Source: Octopus vulgaris | Lineage: Eukaryota | Length of the DNA: 64,000 nt | Assembly: GCA_951406725.2 (NCBI GenBank) | Contig: OX597837.1 | Span: 23,808,001 to 23,872,000, forward strand | Reading direction: 5' to 3' | Shown: positions 1 through 12,930 of the stretch, one piece after another | Numbering within the stretch: position 1 is the stretch's first letter | Layout of the letters: each line of letters opens with the position of its first letter | Notes under the pieces: model-generated | The model's database searches: none | What the model saw: the letters and a program-made list of their open reading frames with translations, nothing else | Told to the model about the DNA's origin: nothing | Made by a program: the position numbers and the translations under genes

Positions 1-147
1 ACTGGTGTCCTGTCCAGCTGGGGGGAACACATACACCTCAGAAACCGGGAAACTGGGCTCATGAGACTGGCTAGGCTTGAAAAGGGCGACGTTTATCATT
101 ATTATTCTATATATAAATATAAATATTTGTATAAATATAAACAATCG

Positions 148-534
148 GGCGCAGGAGTGGCTGTGTGGTAAGTAGCTTGTTTACCAACCACATGGTTCTG
201 GGTTCAGTCCCACTGCGTGGCACCTTGGGAAAGTGTCTTCTACTGTAGTCTCGGGCCGACCAAAGCCTTGTGAGTGGATTTGGTAGATGGAAACTGAAAG
301 AAGCCCATCGTATATATGTATATATATATATGCGTGTCTGTGTTTGTCCCCCTAGCATTGCTTGACAACCGATGCTGGTGTGTTTATGTCCCTGTTACTT
401 AGTGGTTCGGCAAAAGAGACCAATAGAATGAGTACTGGGCTTACAAAAGAATAAATCCCGGGGTCGAGTTGCTCGATTAAAGGTGGTGCTCCAGCATGGC
501 CGCAGTCAAATGACTGAAACAAGTAAAAGAGAGT
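148..534 (+). mobile_element. SINE family A (tRNA head, CORE-like segment, internal TA/TG microsatellite, GTAAAAGA tail), full-length copy
   Basis: A-box TGGCTGTGTGG, B-box GGTTCAGTCC, CORE-like GCACCTTGGGAAAGTG; near-identical copies recur more than 15 times in the window. Confidence 0.9.
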
Positions 535-1399
535 AATCACATCATTGAAATCTCAAAGCTACAAAGTAATACATGACTAATTCAATAAATATGAATAAAT
601 AAACATTACTTTTGACAGAGAAATTTGAATGTTGAAGGGTTAAGAGTGAGATTTGACTGCTACTTCTACCAGTTTGGATGGTCATGTAATTGTTTCTTTA
701 GAAAGAGCTGGTTTGAACAATGTGGCTTTGGTTAAGTAATTTCCGAGTTAATGTGCAATCATAGAAAGTCCATCTTAATTCTAGATGATACTCTCAGGAG
801 CCTCATTGAGGTGTTTCATGTCTTGCAAACACATTACACACAAATTATACAGCTTGTTTGTTTATGCTCAGACGAACAGACAGACATCTTTATGTTGAGC
901 TCATTGTGATCAATGTATGTCGTATGTGTGTATGTTTATGAATAAGCATGTGTGTATGTGTGGCTATATACTTCACAGCTGTGTGTGTGAGTGTGTATGT
1001 GGTTGTGTTGTTTTACAGGTGTATGGGTATATGTGTGTTTGTGAATGAGTATGTGTGTTTGTAAGTAAGCGTGTTTGCATGTGTGTGTTTGTTAGTGTGT
1101 TTGTTACTGTGTGTTTATAAATGTGTGTGTGCGTGTGTGTGTGGTTATGGATTTTACAGTTCTGTGTGTATGTTGTCTGTTTAATTGTCTACCCAGTAAT
1201 TCATTCATTGTGTATGTATATTTGACTATGTGCATATGTGTGTGTGTGTTCGTTATAGTCAGTGATCGTATTTATTTAGTAACATTAATATGTAAATATA
1301 TTTCATGATATCAAATTTGAATGGTAACTGATTCACAGATTGATTATTCTTTGTAAAATATTCTAGTTTTTATTGATTTAATATATGATTAAGATGCAC

Positions 1400-1432
<33 letters not shown>

Positions 1433-1947
1433 TCATACACACACACACACACATTCATACACACACACACACATTCATACACACACACACACATACTTCA
1501 TCATCATTGTTCTTATGTTCGCTTTTCCATGCTTGCATGGGTTGGACAGAATTTTGTTGTGCTAGATTTTCTATAGGCAGATCTACTTACTGCCAGCAAC
1601 CTCATCTGTTTCTAAGTATGGTTAATGTTTCCCTATTGCTAGCCATGCAATTTCTAAATGTAGTTCTCAAGGAAATTAAATGGGACACAGAATGTGACAA
1701 GGCTGGCCCTTTGAATTATGGGTACAACTCTTTTTTGCCTGTTGAGTGGACTAGGGTAACATGAAATAAAACGTCTTGCTCAGGGACACAACATGCAGCC
1801 AAGAATCAAAGTCATGATTTTACAATCAGGGTTCAAATACCCTCACCCTTACTAATACCCATTTTTACCATCGAGGTCTAATATGCCCGTATATTAGACC
1901 ATTTTCTATAACCAATACATGGCAAATGCTTATAAGCTTATAATTAT

Positions 1948-2290
1948 TCATCATCATCCTCATCGTTTAACCTCCGCTTTCCATGCTAGCATTGGTTGGA
2001 TGATTTGACTGAGGTCTGGCAAACCAGATGGCTGTACCAGGCTCAAGTCTGGTCTGGCAGAGTTCCTACAGCTGGATGCCTTTCCTAACACCAACCACTC
2101 CAGGAGTGTAGTGGGTGCCACAGGCATGAGGGCCAGTCAGGTGGTACTGGCAGTAGCCACGCTCAAATTGTGCTTTTTATGTGCCACCTGCACAGGAGCC
2201 AGTCCAGCGGCACTGGCAATGACCTCGCTCGAATGTTTTTTTTACGTGCCACCAGCACAAGTGCCAGTAAGGTGATGCAGGTAACGAGGT
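1948..2290 (-). mobile_element. Family E: RTE-LINE 3' tail or RTE-tailed non-autonomous element
   Basis: Reverse complement of ...AGGAAGGGCATCCAGCTGTAGAAAC...GGACGTTAAACGATGATGA; the same tail follows RTE RT fragments at 29655 and 36135. Confidence 0.75.
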
Positions 2291-2869
2291 GACGCACAAA
2301 ATTTTCACTTGTTATCATTTCTTAATTTAATACAGAATATGCTTATGTATGTTTGTTTACCCCATAATATAAAATTGTACTTCCTAAATCTAATGGAAAG
2401 AAATTGGTGGGTAAGTCAGTGTAATTGGTGAGCTCACTTATAAATAAAACAAGAGGTGCAGATTTGATTCCAATGCATACTAATACTAATTATTTTTTTC
2501 CCTTGAGTGGGGTTATATGCCCTAATATTAGACTATCTGTGTGTTCAACAAAGTCTTGTTATCTTGGGTGGGTCATTACACCATGTAATGATAATCACTT
2601 CTTTATTGTTAGTCAATTGGTTAAATATATCAAGGTATACTTTTTTGAAGAGACAGGGAGCATGTCATTGATGAGGCCACAAATACTGATGAAAGGACTT
2701 CAGCAAACAAACAACTGATTGGTTGTTTAATCAGTACATTAAACAAATGATCAATTAGTTGGATATGTAACCAACTGACTAACAATATGCAAGTGATATT
2801 GAACAAGTGCATGTGTTATCATTAATATTAGCATAACACCCTTCCCAAACACAACAATATATATGCATA

Positions 2870-3212
2870 TATGCCAGAGCAGCCAACTGGCTTCCATGCC
2901 AGTGGCACGTAAAAGGGCACCATTCGAGCATGATCGTTACCAACGTCGCCTTACTGGCACCTGTGCTGGTGGCACGTGTAAAAAGATTCGAGCGAGGTCG
3001 TTGCCAGTACCGCCCAACTGGCCCCCGTGCCGGTGGCATGTAAAAAGCATCCACTACACTCTCGAAGTGGTTGACGTTAGGAAGGGCATCCAGCTGTAGA
3101 AACTCTGCCAAATCAAGATTGGAGACTGGTGCAACCATCTGGTTCATCAGCCCTCAGTCAAAATCGTCCAACCCATGCTGGCATGGAATGCAGACGTTAG
3201 ATGATGATGATG

Positions 3213-3215
<3 letters not shown>
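2870..3215 (+). mobile_element. Family E RTE-tail element
   Basis: Internal GGTGGCACGTAAAA units and (GAT)n tail; matches 5868-6277 and 39990-40296. Confidence 0.75.
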
Positions 3216-3267
<52 letters not shown>

Positions 3268-3277
3268 GTGACTAAAG

Positions 3278-3592
3278 GTTCATGGCTCATTGGTTAGAGT
3301 GTGGGGCTTACAACCATGAGGTTGTGAATTCAATTCCTGGACCGGGATGTGTGTTGTGTTCTTGAACAAGACACTTTATTTCATGTTGCTGCAGAGTTCT
3401 TTCAGCTGTAGAAATGAATTACAATGTTACTGGTGCCAAGTTGTATCGGCCTTTCCTTTGGATAACATGGGTGGCATGGAGAGGGAAACTGGTTTGCATG
3501 GGTGACTGCAAAGAACCTTACCCAGACTTGTGCCTAGGAGGGGGACTTTCTAGTTGCAATCCCATGGTCGTTCATAACTAAAGGGGTGATCT
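3278..3592 (+). mobile_element. SINE family H (tRNA head plus CORE-like domain)
   Basis: TGGCTCATTGG A-box, TGTGTTCTTGAACAAGACACTTTATTTC; reverse copy at 28850-29185; partial copies near 1680-1850, 34280-34495 and 43090-43220. Confidence 0.8.
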
Positions 3593-3593
3593 T

Positions 3594-3628
<35 letters not shown>

Positions 3629-4169
3629 TACACACACCCACACATCCAAATATGTTTGCATATATGTTTTGCTTGTCTTTCAGTAATAGTATTGAAACAA
3701 TTATGTTTTATAATATCAATAAACAAAGTTGTAACGAAACAAAACAATAAGAAAGCATTCGAAATAATAACAATAGATGGAGATATAAAGAAATGGTAAG
3801 GCTGGCTGGAATGATGTTCTGTTGACAAAAGGGTAAATATATCTCATTGTAAAATACCATCGTGGGTCAATGCTCTCTCATCCTTGTTGACTTTAAAATA
3901 TCACTTTCGTTTCGTCTCTCTGTCAGTCTTAAGTTGAAAATGTCAAAAGACCAGTAAAACATTTTCATGTGAACAGTGTTGGATGGATGAACAAGGTGGT
4001 CATCCTAGCAAGGGAGATAACCTTTCTGCAGCATCAGTTCAGCCTTCAACAACTTAGTGGTTAATGTCTTGTTCTGTCCCCACCACCAGCATCATGTTTC
4101 CTACTTGAGTTAATCTCGTAGTTTGTTTGGATTTATGCAGGAATGAATAATTCAATAATATAATCAGAG

Positions 4170-4215
<46 letters not shown>

Positions 4216-4218
<3 letters not shown>

Positions 4219-4628
4219 TTTACTCTTTTACTCTTTTACTTGTTTCAGTCATTTGACTGCGGCCATGCTGGAGCACCGCCTTTGTTCGAGCAACTCGACC
4301 CCGGGACTTATTCTTTTGTAAGCCCAGTACTTATTTTATCAGTCTGTTTTGCCGAACCGCTAAGTAACGGGGACATAAACACACCACCATAGGTTGTCAA
4401 GCAATGCTAGGGGGACAAATACAGACACACAAACACACACACACACATATATATATACATATATACGACAGGCTTCTTTCAGTTTCCGTCTACCAAATCC
4501 ACTCACAAGGCTTTGGTCAGCCCGAGGCTATAATAGAAGACACTTGCCCAAGGTGCCACGCAGTGGGACTGAACCCGAAACCATGTGGTTGGTAAACAAG
4601 CTACTTACCACACAGCCACTCCTGCGCC
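4216..4628 (-). mobile_element. SINE family A, full-length
   Basis: Reverse complement of 148-534, in a (TA)n tract. Confidence 0.9.
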
Positions 4629-5331
4629 TATATATATATATATATATATCTTTTATCTTTTACTTGTTTCAGTCATAAGATTGTGGCCATACTGGAGCAC
4701 CACCTCGAAGAAATTTTAGTCAAATAAACTGACACCCACCCCCCCAGTACTTTAAAAAAAATTTTTTTAAGCCTGATAGTTATTTAGACTATATTTTTTT
4801 TGATGAACCGCTAAGTTACGGGGGAAGCCCGATATATACCCATCATGGCTACCCATCTGATAAGGGTACACCAGGCACGTGAATTACACCAACACCCTTT
4901 GTCAAGCAGTGGTGAGAGACAAACACAAACACACTCTCTCTCATGCATACACACACACACACACACACATACATGACGGGCTTCTCTAAACTTCTGTCTA
5001 CAAAATCCACTCACAGGGCTTTGGTCACCCCCAGGCTATGGTAGAAGACACCCAAGGTGCTATGCAATGGGACTGAAGGTGATGTCGTTTAATCCTGGTC
5101 CATTTCCTACTGTATCTCTTATCTTGTTTCATTTGTTGGAAGGGTTTTAGTTGAATAAATTCAATCCTTGTACTTATTATTCTTTTCTTTTTCTTTTTGA
5201 GCCTGTTGCTTATTCTACTGTTGCTTATAAGAAATCACTAAATTACAGAGGGACATAACAAATCAACACCAATTGTCAAGTGGCAGTTGGGCACAAACAC
5301 AAAGACACATAGGTATCAATATATATATATA

Positions 5332-5828
5332 CTAGCAGTATCGCCCGGCGTTGCTCGGGTTTGTAAGGGAAATAACTATATAAGCATTTTTAGAGAGTTA
5401 CTTCCCTTATAGATGTCAATTCGGGCTTTCTTAGCCATTTCTGTTTTGGTGTCTTCAAGCCATGAAGTCGTTGTTCTAAAAGAACGCTGGTCTCCTTGAC
5501 AACGCTTTACGACGTTGATTTCCTTATACTCCCTTCCCCACAGCTTCACAAGGGAGGGGAGAAGCAAACACAGGTGCAGGTGTTTGAGCGTGGACGCCAA
5601 CTCCGCCGCCATCGACACACGAAAAATTATGCATTAAAATGGAGTAAAAAATGATGTTAAATTATTTTTAAAATCGTAGACTCATCGTAGACGCGCGCTA
5701 ATAGCCAGACGGGCTCGATATTAATCACGACTATAAGATACCCGAATTTGGTTAAACTGCACCGCAAAATGTGGGAGGAGTTAGGAATCTAAATCGAAGG
5801 GGACAGACACTCACACAACTACAGTTTT

Positions 5829-5835
<7 letters not shown>
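5332..5835 (-). mobile_element. Non-autonomous Helitron
   Basis: On the minus strand it ends ...CCCGAGCAACGCCGGG (hairpin) CGATACTG CTAG|T; the 5' end merges into (TA)n; termini shared with 59719-60118. Confidence 0.75.
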
Positions 5836-5865
<30 letters not shown>

Positions 5866-5867
5866 GA

Positions 5868-6277
5868 GCATGATTGTTGCCAGAGCAGCAAACTGGCTTC
5901 CATGCTGGTGGCATGTAAAAAGCACCATTTGAACGTGATCGTTACCAGCATCATCTTACTGACACTTGTGCTGGTGGCACATGAAAAAACATTTGAGCAA
6001 GGTCATTGCCAGTGCCACTGGACTGGCTCCTGTACAGGTGGTATGTAAAAGGCACCATTTGAGCATGGTCATTACCAGTACTGCCTGACTGGCCCTCGTG
6101 ACGAGAGCCAGTCAGCACCCACTACACTCTTGGAGTGGTTGGCGTTAGGAAGGGCATCCAGCTGTAGAAACTCTGCCAGATCAGATTGGAGCCTGGTGCA
6201 GCCATCTGGTTTGCCAGTCCTCTGTCAAATCGTCCAACCCACGCTAGCATGGAAAGCGGACATTAAATGATGATGAC
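5868..6277 (+). mobile_element. Family E RTE-tail element
   Basis: Same sequence as 2870-3215 with more internal units. Confidence 0.75.
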
Positions 6278-6289
6278 GTAGTTGAAATT

Positions 6290-6475
6290 TACAGAAAAAC
6301 AAAAGACATGACAGATACATAAACAACAAGCAGGTGTATTAGTTTCACACTCAGAGGAGAGTGTGAAAGTCTTTTATGTTTCGAGCTTATGCTCTTGAAC
6401 ACAAGGAAATAAACAAACAGAGTGAGAGAATAAAAATAACTTGTAGATTTAGTGATCAATCATGGCAACTGGTTG
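6290..6475 (-). mobile_element. Solo pLTR of a Neptune-type PLE (family G), degenerate
   Basis: Homologous to 20710-20950. Confidence 0.6.
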
Positions 6476-7472
6476 GAAAAAGGTAGTTTGACAGGAGAGC
6501 TAGGAAGAGAGAGATAATAAAGTACTGGTGTTCCCAAAACGAAGGTGCACGTACGTGTGTGTATGTGAGAGTGTGTAAGTGTGTTACACAAATGAAAAAA
6601 ATAGTACTTGAATATCAAAAATAGAGTGATATACTTTTTATTAAAGGTGCAAAATTATCACAGAATTGTTATTCAGAGTTCCACGTTCCCATTTGTCAGA
6701 CAGGTGTGATGAATGTGAAACTCTGAGTAACAGTTCTGTGATAATTTTGCAAGTTTAATAAAAGGTGTGTGTGTGTGTGTGTGAATAGATAGATAGCTAT
6801 TTATGTATATATATATATAGATAGATAGATAGATAGATATAGACGTATATATACATGGTCTTCTTTCAGTTCTCATCTTCCAAATCCACTCCCACTAAAG
6901 CTTTGGCTGGCTCATCTCTATAGTAGATGACACTTGCCCAAGGTGCCTCACAATTGGCCTGAACCCAGAAGGATGTGGTTGGGAAGCAAGTTTCTTACCA
7001 CACAGCCATGCCTGACCTATCAGTTTCCAATGTTTAATTTAATTAGTCATGGCTCCAAGTACAGAAAACTCTTACATACAAAAAATATTTGAGATCAACT
7101 TAATATGCAGTAATTAATTGGTTAATTATGCATGATCCATGTTAAAAAATAATTAGCATAGAATTATGCATGATATATATATATATATATTAAACTCCAT
7201 CACACTCATTAAGTGAATTTCGTTAAATCTAAAATAAATTTCTTAATACAAACAACTGAGAAAAAATAGCCAAGGCAATATTGCACCATCACATCGTGAT
7301 CTGTCTCCACAGTCTGTAATTGAGACAAGTATCTTAGACTGTCCTAATCAACCAGTTTGTACTAAAAATTAAACTATCTATCTCCCACCTTACTACATTA
7401 ATTGTTTTCAATTTTAATTAGTCTTTGGTGCATTAATTCATTTCAAAGAATAAAAACAATGATTTTCTTCGA

Positions 7473-7503
<31 letters not shown>

Positions 7504-8064
7504 TTATCATTTTTTTTAAAGTTCTAAAGCAACAAGCTGGCTGAATCATCCGCATGCCAGACGAAATGCTTTATGGTATTTCTTCTGTCTTTACATTATC
7601 TGTTCAAATTCTAAGGAGGTTGAATTTGACTTTCATCCCGTCAGGGTCAAAGAAATAAGTAGCAGTTAAGCACTGGTGTCAATGTAATTGGACCAGCTCC
7701 CTCACACCAAAATTTCAGCCCTTGGGCTTATAACAGAAAGAATTATTATTATTATCAAATTTCAGGCTTTGTTCCAATAGTTGTTGCTTGTTCCTTCTCG
7801 AGCCATGCCTGGCTCATAAGGGCTGGTTTCCTGGTTTCCTTGGCGTATAGGTTCCCCACCTGGATGGGACGCTGGTCCATCGCAGGTGAGCCGCAAAATG
7901 CATGAGTGTTCTGAGTTTAAATTTCACTGAGGTCAGTTTTGCCTTTCATTCTTTCAGGGTCCATGAAGTAATAATCAGTTGGGATGTGGAGTTGATGTAA
8001 TCAACCAGCCATCCTCACTCCAAAATATTAGGCCTCGTGTCTATAGTAGAAAGAATTGTTTTGA

Positions 8065-8290
8065 AGGTGGCAAGCTGGCAGAATCATTAGCACACCGGGC
8101 AAAATGCTTAGCGGTATTTTGTCTGCAGTTATGTTCTGAATTCAAATTCTGCCAAGGTCAACTTTGCTTTTCATCCTTTCAGGGTCGATAAATTAAGTAC
8201 CAGTTACGCACTGAGGTCGATGTAATTGACCTAATCCCTTTGTCTGTCCCCTCTATGTTTAGCCCCTTATGGGCAATAAAGAAATAAGAA
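8065..8290 (+). mobile_element. SINE family B
   Basis: GGCAAGCTGGCAGAATCATTAGCAC...TTTCATCCTTTCAGGGTCGATAAATTAAGTACCAG...AAAGAAATA; about 20 copies in the window. Confidence 0.85.
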
Positions 8291-8439
8291 AGGATTGTTT
8301 TTAGTTGTTTCCCTTACCTTTGTCTTGGTTGTGTTTAAATATTGTTTATCAGAGTTAGCCACACCTTGTTATGGAGATAGTGTCAATTAATGAAAATTAC
8401 TGCATTTATCATATTAAATAAATTAGCATTAAATTCATT

Positions 8440-8848
8440 ATATAAATATGATAGTTGTTGTTGTAGTTGTTGCAGAGTTCCAGGTTGACTTTGATCAAAC
8501 AGATCTAACATCAAATGCATTCTAGCTGTAGTCATTGCATCATGTCTCAACCATTTCAGCTAGTTTGTATTTGATTTACATAGCAATTGCTATGAGTAAG
8601 TTAGCACTAATTTCACTCTATAAATATGTTGGTGGTTGTTGTAGTTGTGGTGTAACACCACACTAACTCAGGTCAGACAGTTCTAGCATCAAATGCTCTC
8701 CAGCTGTGGTCATTGCATCAAATATTTCAGTGCTTTTAGCTAGTTTCTATCTGATTTAAATAGCAGTTGCTATTAATGACTTAGCACTCACTAATTTAAC
8801 TCTATAGGTATGTTGGTTGTTGAGTAGTTCCAGGTCAGCTCTGATCTA
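8440..8848. repeat. Diverged tandem duplication, unit about 180 bp, about 2.3 copies
   Basis: ATCAAATGC..AGCTGT.GTCATTGCATC and AGCTAGTTT.TAT.TGATTTA.ATAGCA.TTGCTAT repeat at about 180-bp spacing. Confidence 0.65.
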
Positions 8849-9824
8849 TGAGCATATATATGTGTGTGTGTATATATATATATATATATAAATTACTCTT
8901 TAACAAGAATAGTGTTGACAGTGATTTTGAAGTTTCGGCCTGCTTAGTCCTCCTTAGACAGTGCCGCAACTGAGTACCTCTTGTCTTTATATAGTCTCTG
9001 TTAAGTTTAAATTTTCTGGTTTAGGTCGAGCTCTGTTGAATAATAATTAGGTTGTATGGCAGATTGTAATGGAAAGATATGATGGAAGGTTTTTATTGAT
9101 TAAATTTGGAGTTATGTTATTGTTCAAAATACAGTCATATACATGACTGTATTCTGAACAATATAGAACCTTGTAATCATGTTTATTTAGGTGTGCCAGC
9201 TTGAGGTGTTGCAATTTTTTAGGAGTTCACAAAATTATAGAGGCAAGTGAAATGGTTAGTTGGTCAACAGATGTGTAACTAAGTTTAACTATTCTTTGTC
9301 TTTTACATTTTTCATTTGTTGGTTTGTGGCCATGCTGGGGTACTACCTTAAAGTATTTTAGTCTGGTGTTACTTCTATCAATGACTTTTAGTTGAGCTAC
9401 TAAGTTACAGAGACATAAACCAACACTAGTTGTGAAATGGTGGCAGGGACAAACACAAAGATGGACTCTCACACACATACATATGATGGGCTTCGTTCAG
9501 TTTCCACTAACCAAAATGACTCACAAGACTTTGGTGGGATTGGGGCTATTATAGAAGACCCTTACCCAAGGTGCTGCACAGTAGGACTGAACTTGAAACC
9601 ATGTGGTTGGAAAGACATCACTGGGAGGTTTGTCCTCCTTGTTTTGGGAGCATGTGAAGGTTATAGTTCAGTGTACCATCCAGTATATAAAACTTTATAG
9701 TTAGGTGTGTTTATTTAGGTGTGCCAGCTATTAGGCCATGGGTTTTTTAAAGATTCGAAAAAGAATCTTTAAGTAGGTAGAAAAGTTTGTTGGTCAGCAG
9801 ATTTCTTTACTTGTTGTTGGTGTT

Positions 9825-10035
9825 AGGCGGCGAGCTGGCAGAAACGTTAGCACGCCGGGTGAAATGCTTAGCGGTATTTCGTCTGCATTACGTTGTGAGT
9901 TCAAATTCTGCCGAGGTCGACTTTGCCTTTCATCCTTTCGGGGTCGATAAATTAAGTACCAGTTACGCACTGGGGTCGATGTAATCGACTTAATACCTAT
10001 GTCTGTCCTTGTTTGTCCCCTCTGTATTTAGCCCC
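9825..10035 (+). mobile_element. SINE family B, young full-length copy
   Basis: GGCGGCGAGCTGGCAGAAACGTTAGCACGCCGGG...GTAATAAAGAAATAG with CpGs retained. Confidence 0.9.
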
Positions 10036-10531
10036 TTGTGGGTAATAAAGAAATAGTTATTCAGGAGATTTGACCTGTTTATCTTATGAAAGTGGATGCT
10101 TTTGTTCAGAATTCAGTCTAGTGTAAAAGACACTGTGATTAGGTGTGTTTATTTAGGTGTGTCAACTTCATGGTGTTGTTTGTATATAAATTTGCTTATC
10201 TTACACTTTAAGGTTCACAAAACAATGTAGGTAGATGGAATGGTTAGTTAGGGAGCAGATTTTCCCACTAGGAGTTAATTGTTCTTGATGTTGTTTGATT
10301 ACTATTTAGAAATTTGACCTTTGTGCTTTGGGGAAGTAAAGTTTGTGGACTATGATTTTTGTAAATATTTGTATTATTCGGTTTCAAGCAGATATTAGTA
10401 ATGTTATATTTATGATATATTATTTTGGACCTATGTGAACATACGCAAATGTGGGGCATTATGAAAATGTTTGCATATGATTATATAAATACTACTGCTG
10501 CTTCTACTACTACTACTACTACTACTACTAC

Positions 10532-10566
<35 letters not shown>

Positions 10567-10629
10567 TTACACAAAAATATTCTAAGTAATTCCACAGAGG
10601 AAAACAGGAAAATAGAACTCAAAATATGA

Positions 10630-10670
<41 letters not shown>

Positions 10671-10993
10671 AACACACACACACATATGTATATATATATA
10701 TATATATATTATTTTTCTTAAGATTTAATTGGCAAAAGTTACAAAGTAACTCAAGGACCTAGCATTTCATACATTGCTACTTATTAAACTGGTTTCAAAT
10801 TATGAGGATTGCATTCATATACACTGGTTAAAATGACAATTCTTTGGATTGTTCTAGAATAGATTATAAAGACAATTTGAAGGTTACCTGAATAATGCAT
10901 ATTTTTTCAAATGGTTTGCCCATTAAGCAATAAAATGATAGATAAACAACTAAATAAAGAAGGTAAAGTTAAAGGAAGGTGAAGAGGTACAAT

Positions 10994-11169
10994 ACGCAGG
11001 AGTGGCTGTATGGTAAGTAGCTTGCTTACCAACCATGTGGTTCCAGGTTCATTCCCACTGCATGGCACTTTGGGCAAGTGTCTTCTGCTATAGCCTCGGG
11101 CCGACCAAAGCCTTGTGAGTGGATTTGGTAGATGGAAACTTAAAGAAGCCTGTTGTATATATGTGTGTG

Positions 11170-11214
<45 letters not shown>

Positions 11215-11402
11215 TTGTCCCCACAACATCTCTTGACAACCAATGCTGGTGTGTTTACCTCCCCGTAACTTAGTGGTTCGGCAAAAGAAACCGATTGAAT
11301 AAGTACTAGGTTTACAAAGAATAAGTCCTTGGGTCGATTTGCGTGACTAAAGGTGGTGCTCCAGCATGGCCACAGTCAAATGACTGAAACAAGTAAAAGG
11401 GT
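10994..11402 (+). mobile_element. SINE family A
   Basis: Matches 148-534. Confidence 0.9.
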
Positions 11403-11417
11403 ATGAATAAAGAGTAT

Positions 11418-11599
11418 ATCTTTTACTTGTTTCAGTTATTAGACTGTAACCATGCTTCAGCACCGCCTTGAAGAATTTTTGGTTGAATGAATCAACCTCA
11501 GGTCTTACATTTTTGTAAAGCTTGGCACTTATTCTGTTGGTCTCTGTTGCTGAACTACAAACACCAGTTGTCAAGCAGCGGTGGGGGTCAAACGCAAAG

Positions 11600-11632
<33 letters not shown>

Positions 11633-11790
11633 CAATGAGCTTCTTTCTGTTTCTGTCTACCAAATTCACTTACAAGGCTTTGGTAAGCCTGAGGCTGTAG
11701 CACTAGACACTTGCCCAAGGTACCATGCAGTGAGACTGAACCTAGAACCATGTAGTTGGGAAGCAAGCTTCTTACCACTTAGCCACACCT
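11418..11790 (-). mobile_element. SINE family A, older copy, tail-to-tail with the previous copy
   Basis: Diverged reverse complement of family A. Confidence 0.8.
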
Positions 11791-12780
11791 ATGTAAGTCA
11801 ATTACATCAACCCCAGTGCTCAACTGGTACCTATTTTATTGACCCTAGAAAGCATGAAAGGTAAAGTTGACCTCAGCAGAATTTGAACTTAGAACATAAA
11901 ACACGGACAGAATTTTGCTAAGCCTTTCACCCAGCATGCTAATAATTTTATGAGCTCACCTATAATTATATATATATATTTAAAGAAATATTTTTTTTCT
12001 GAAAATAAAATTATTTATTATATTAAAAACATTTTTGAAAAACAGAATAGCATAAACCTTTTAGAAGGAAGTTTTCATATTAGTTATTTTCTTAAGAAAA
12101 ATTTGTATAATACATAAATATATATACACACGTACACGTCTGCAGGTGCATGCACACACACACGCACACACATGTATACATGCACACGTACTTATACATA
12201 TATGTTCATGTATCAATATACGTATTACATGAATAGAAGCAAAAACAAAATAAAAGCAGAATAAAATTATCTTATTTTCAAGAACACCGATTCTTATGCA
12301 TAACTAAATATATGATTAAATGTGGTTGTGTATATATACTTGTATACATACATACACATATGTGTGTGTGATACACACACAGACTCATATATATATTTGT
12401 AAAAATACACAAGTATATAGATATAAGGCCATACCTGTAGATATATGTATATATGGTCATACCTGTAGATAAGTGGGTATACAACTGTTGTGGATATGCT
12501 TATCGCAGTAGTTTACTGTGGTAGAAAAAGTGGAAGGGGAAATAAAACAATAAAGAATGATAGAAAAAGAATTGTTAGTTTTGGTAATCTGCACTAGTAT
12601 GAAACTTTATGAAACTCTACCAATGAAATATAATCTGTGTATGTGTGTGAGGACAAATGACTAAAAATTGAGTTAGCAAATCATTTTAATGCTTCATTTA
12701 CAGTTGTTTCATCATAATTCAATATAATCAATCTTGCATAATGCTGTAATCATTTCAGCAAGTATATTGATTAATTTTAT

Positions 12781-12827
<47 letters not shown>

Positions 12828-12930
12828 TGAGTGTATTTTTACCTTGTTAACAATTAACACGGAAAAATGAATAAATAGTTACCAGGTCAGCAAAATTTTT
12901 GCTAAAATGTCTTCTTGATGAGTTTCGTTT

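Noticed and set aside
107-358. Recurrent ORF ...HLPNPLTRLWSARGYSRRHLPKVP...
   Set aside because: Antisense reading of SINE A; it recurs only because the SINE does
9170-10330. Three spaced copies of GTTTATTTAGGTGTG(C/T)CA.CT
   Set aside because: Probably very decayed minus-strand Penelope endonuclease pieces; too degenerate to call
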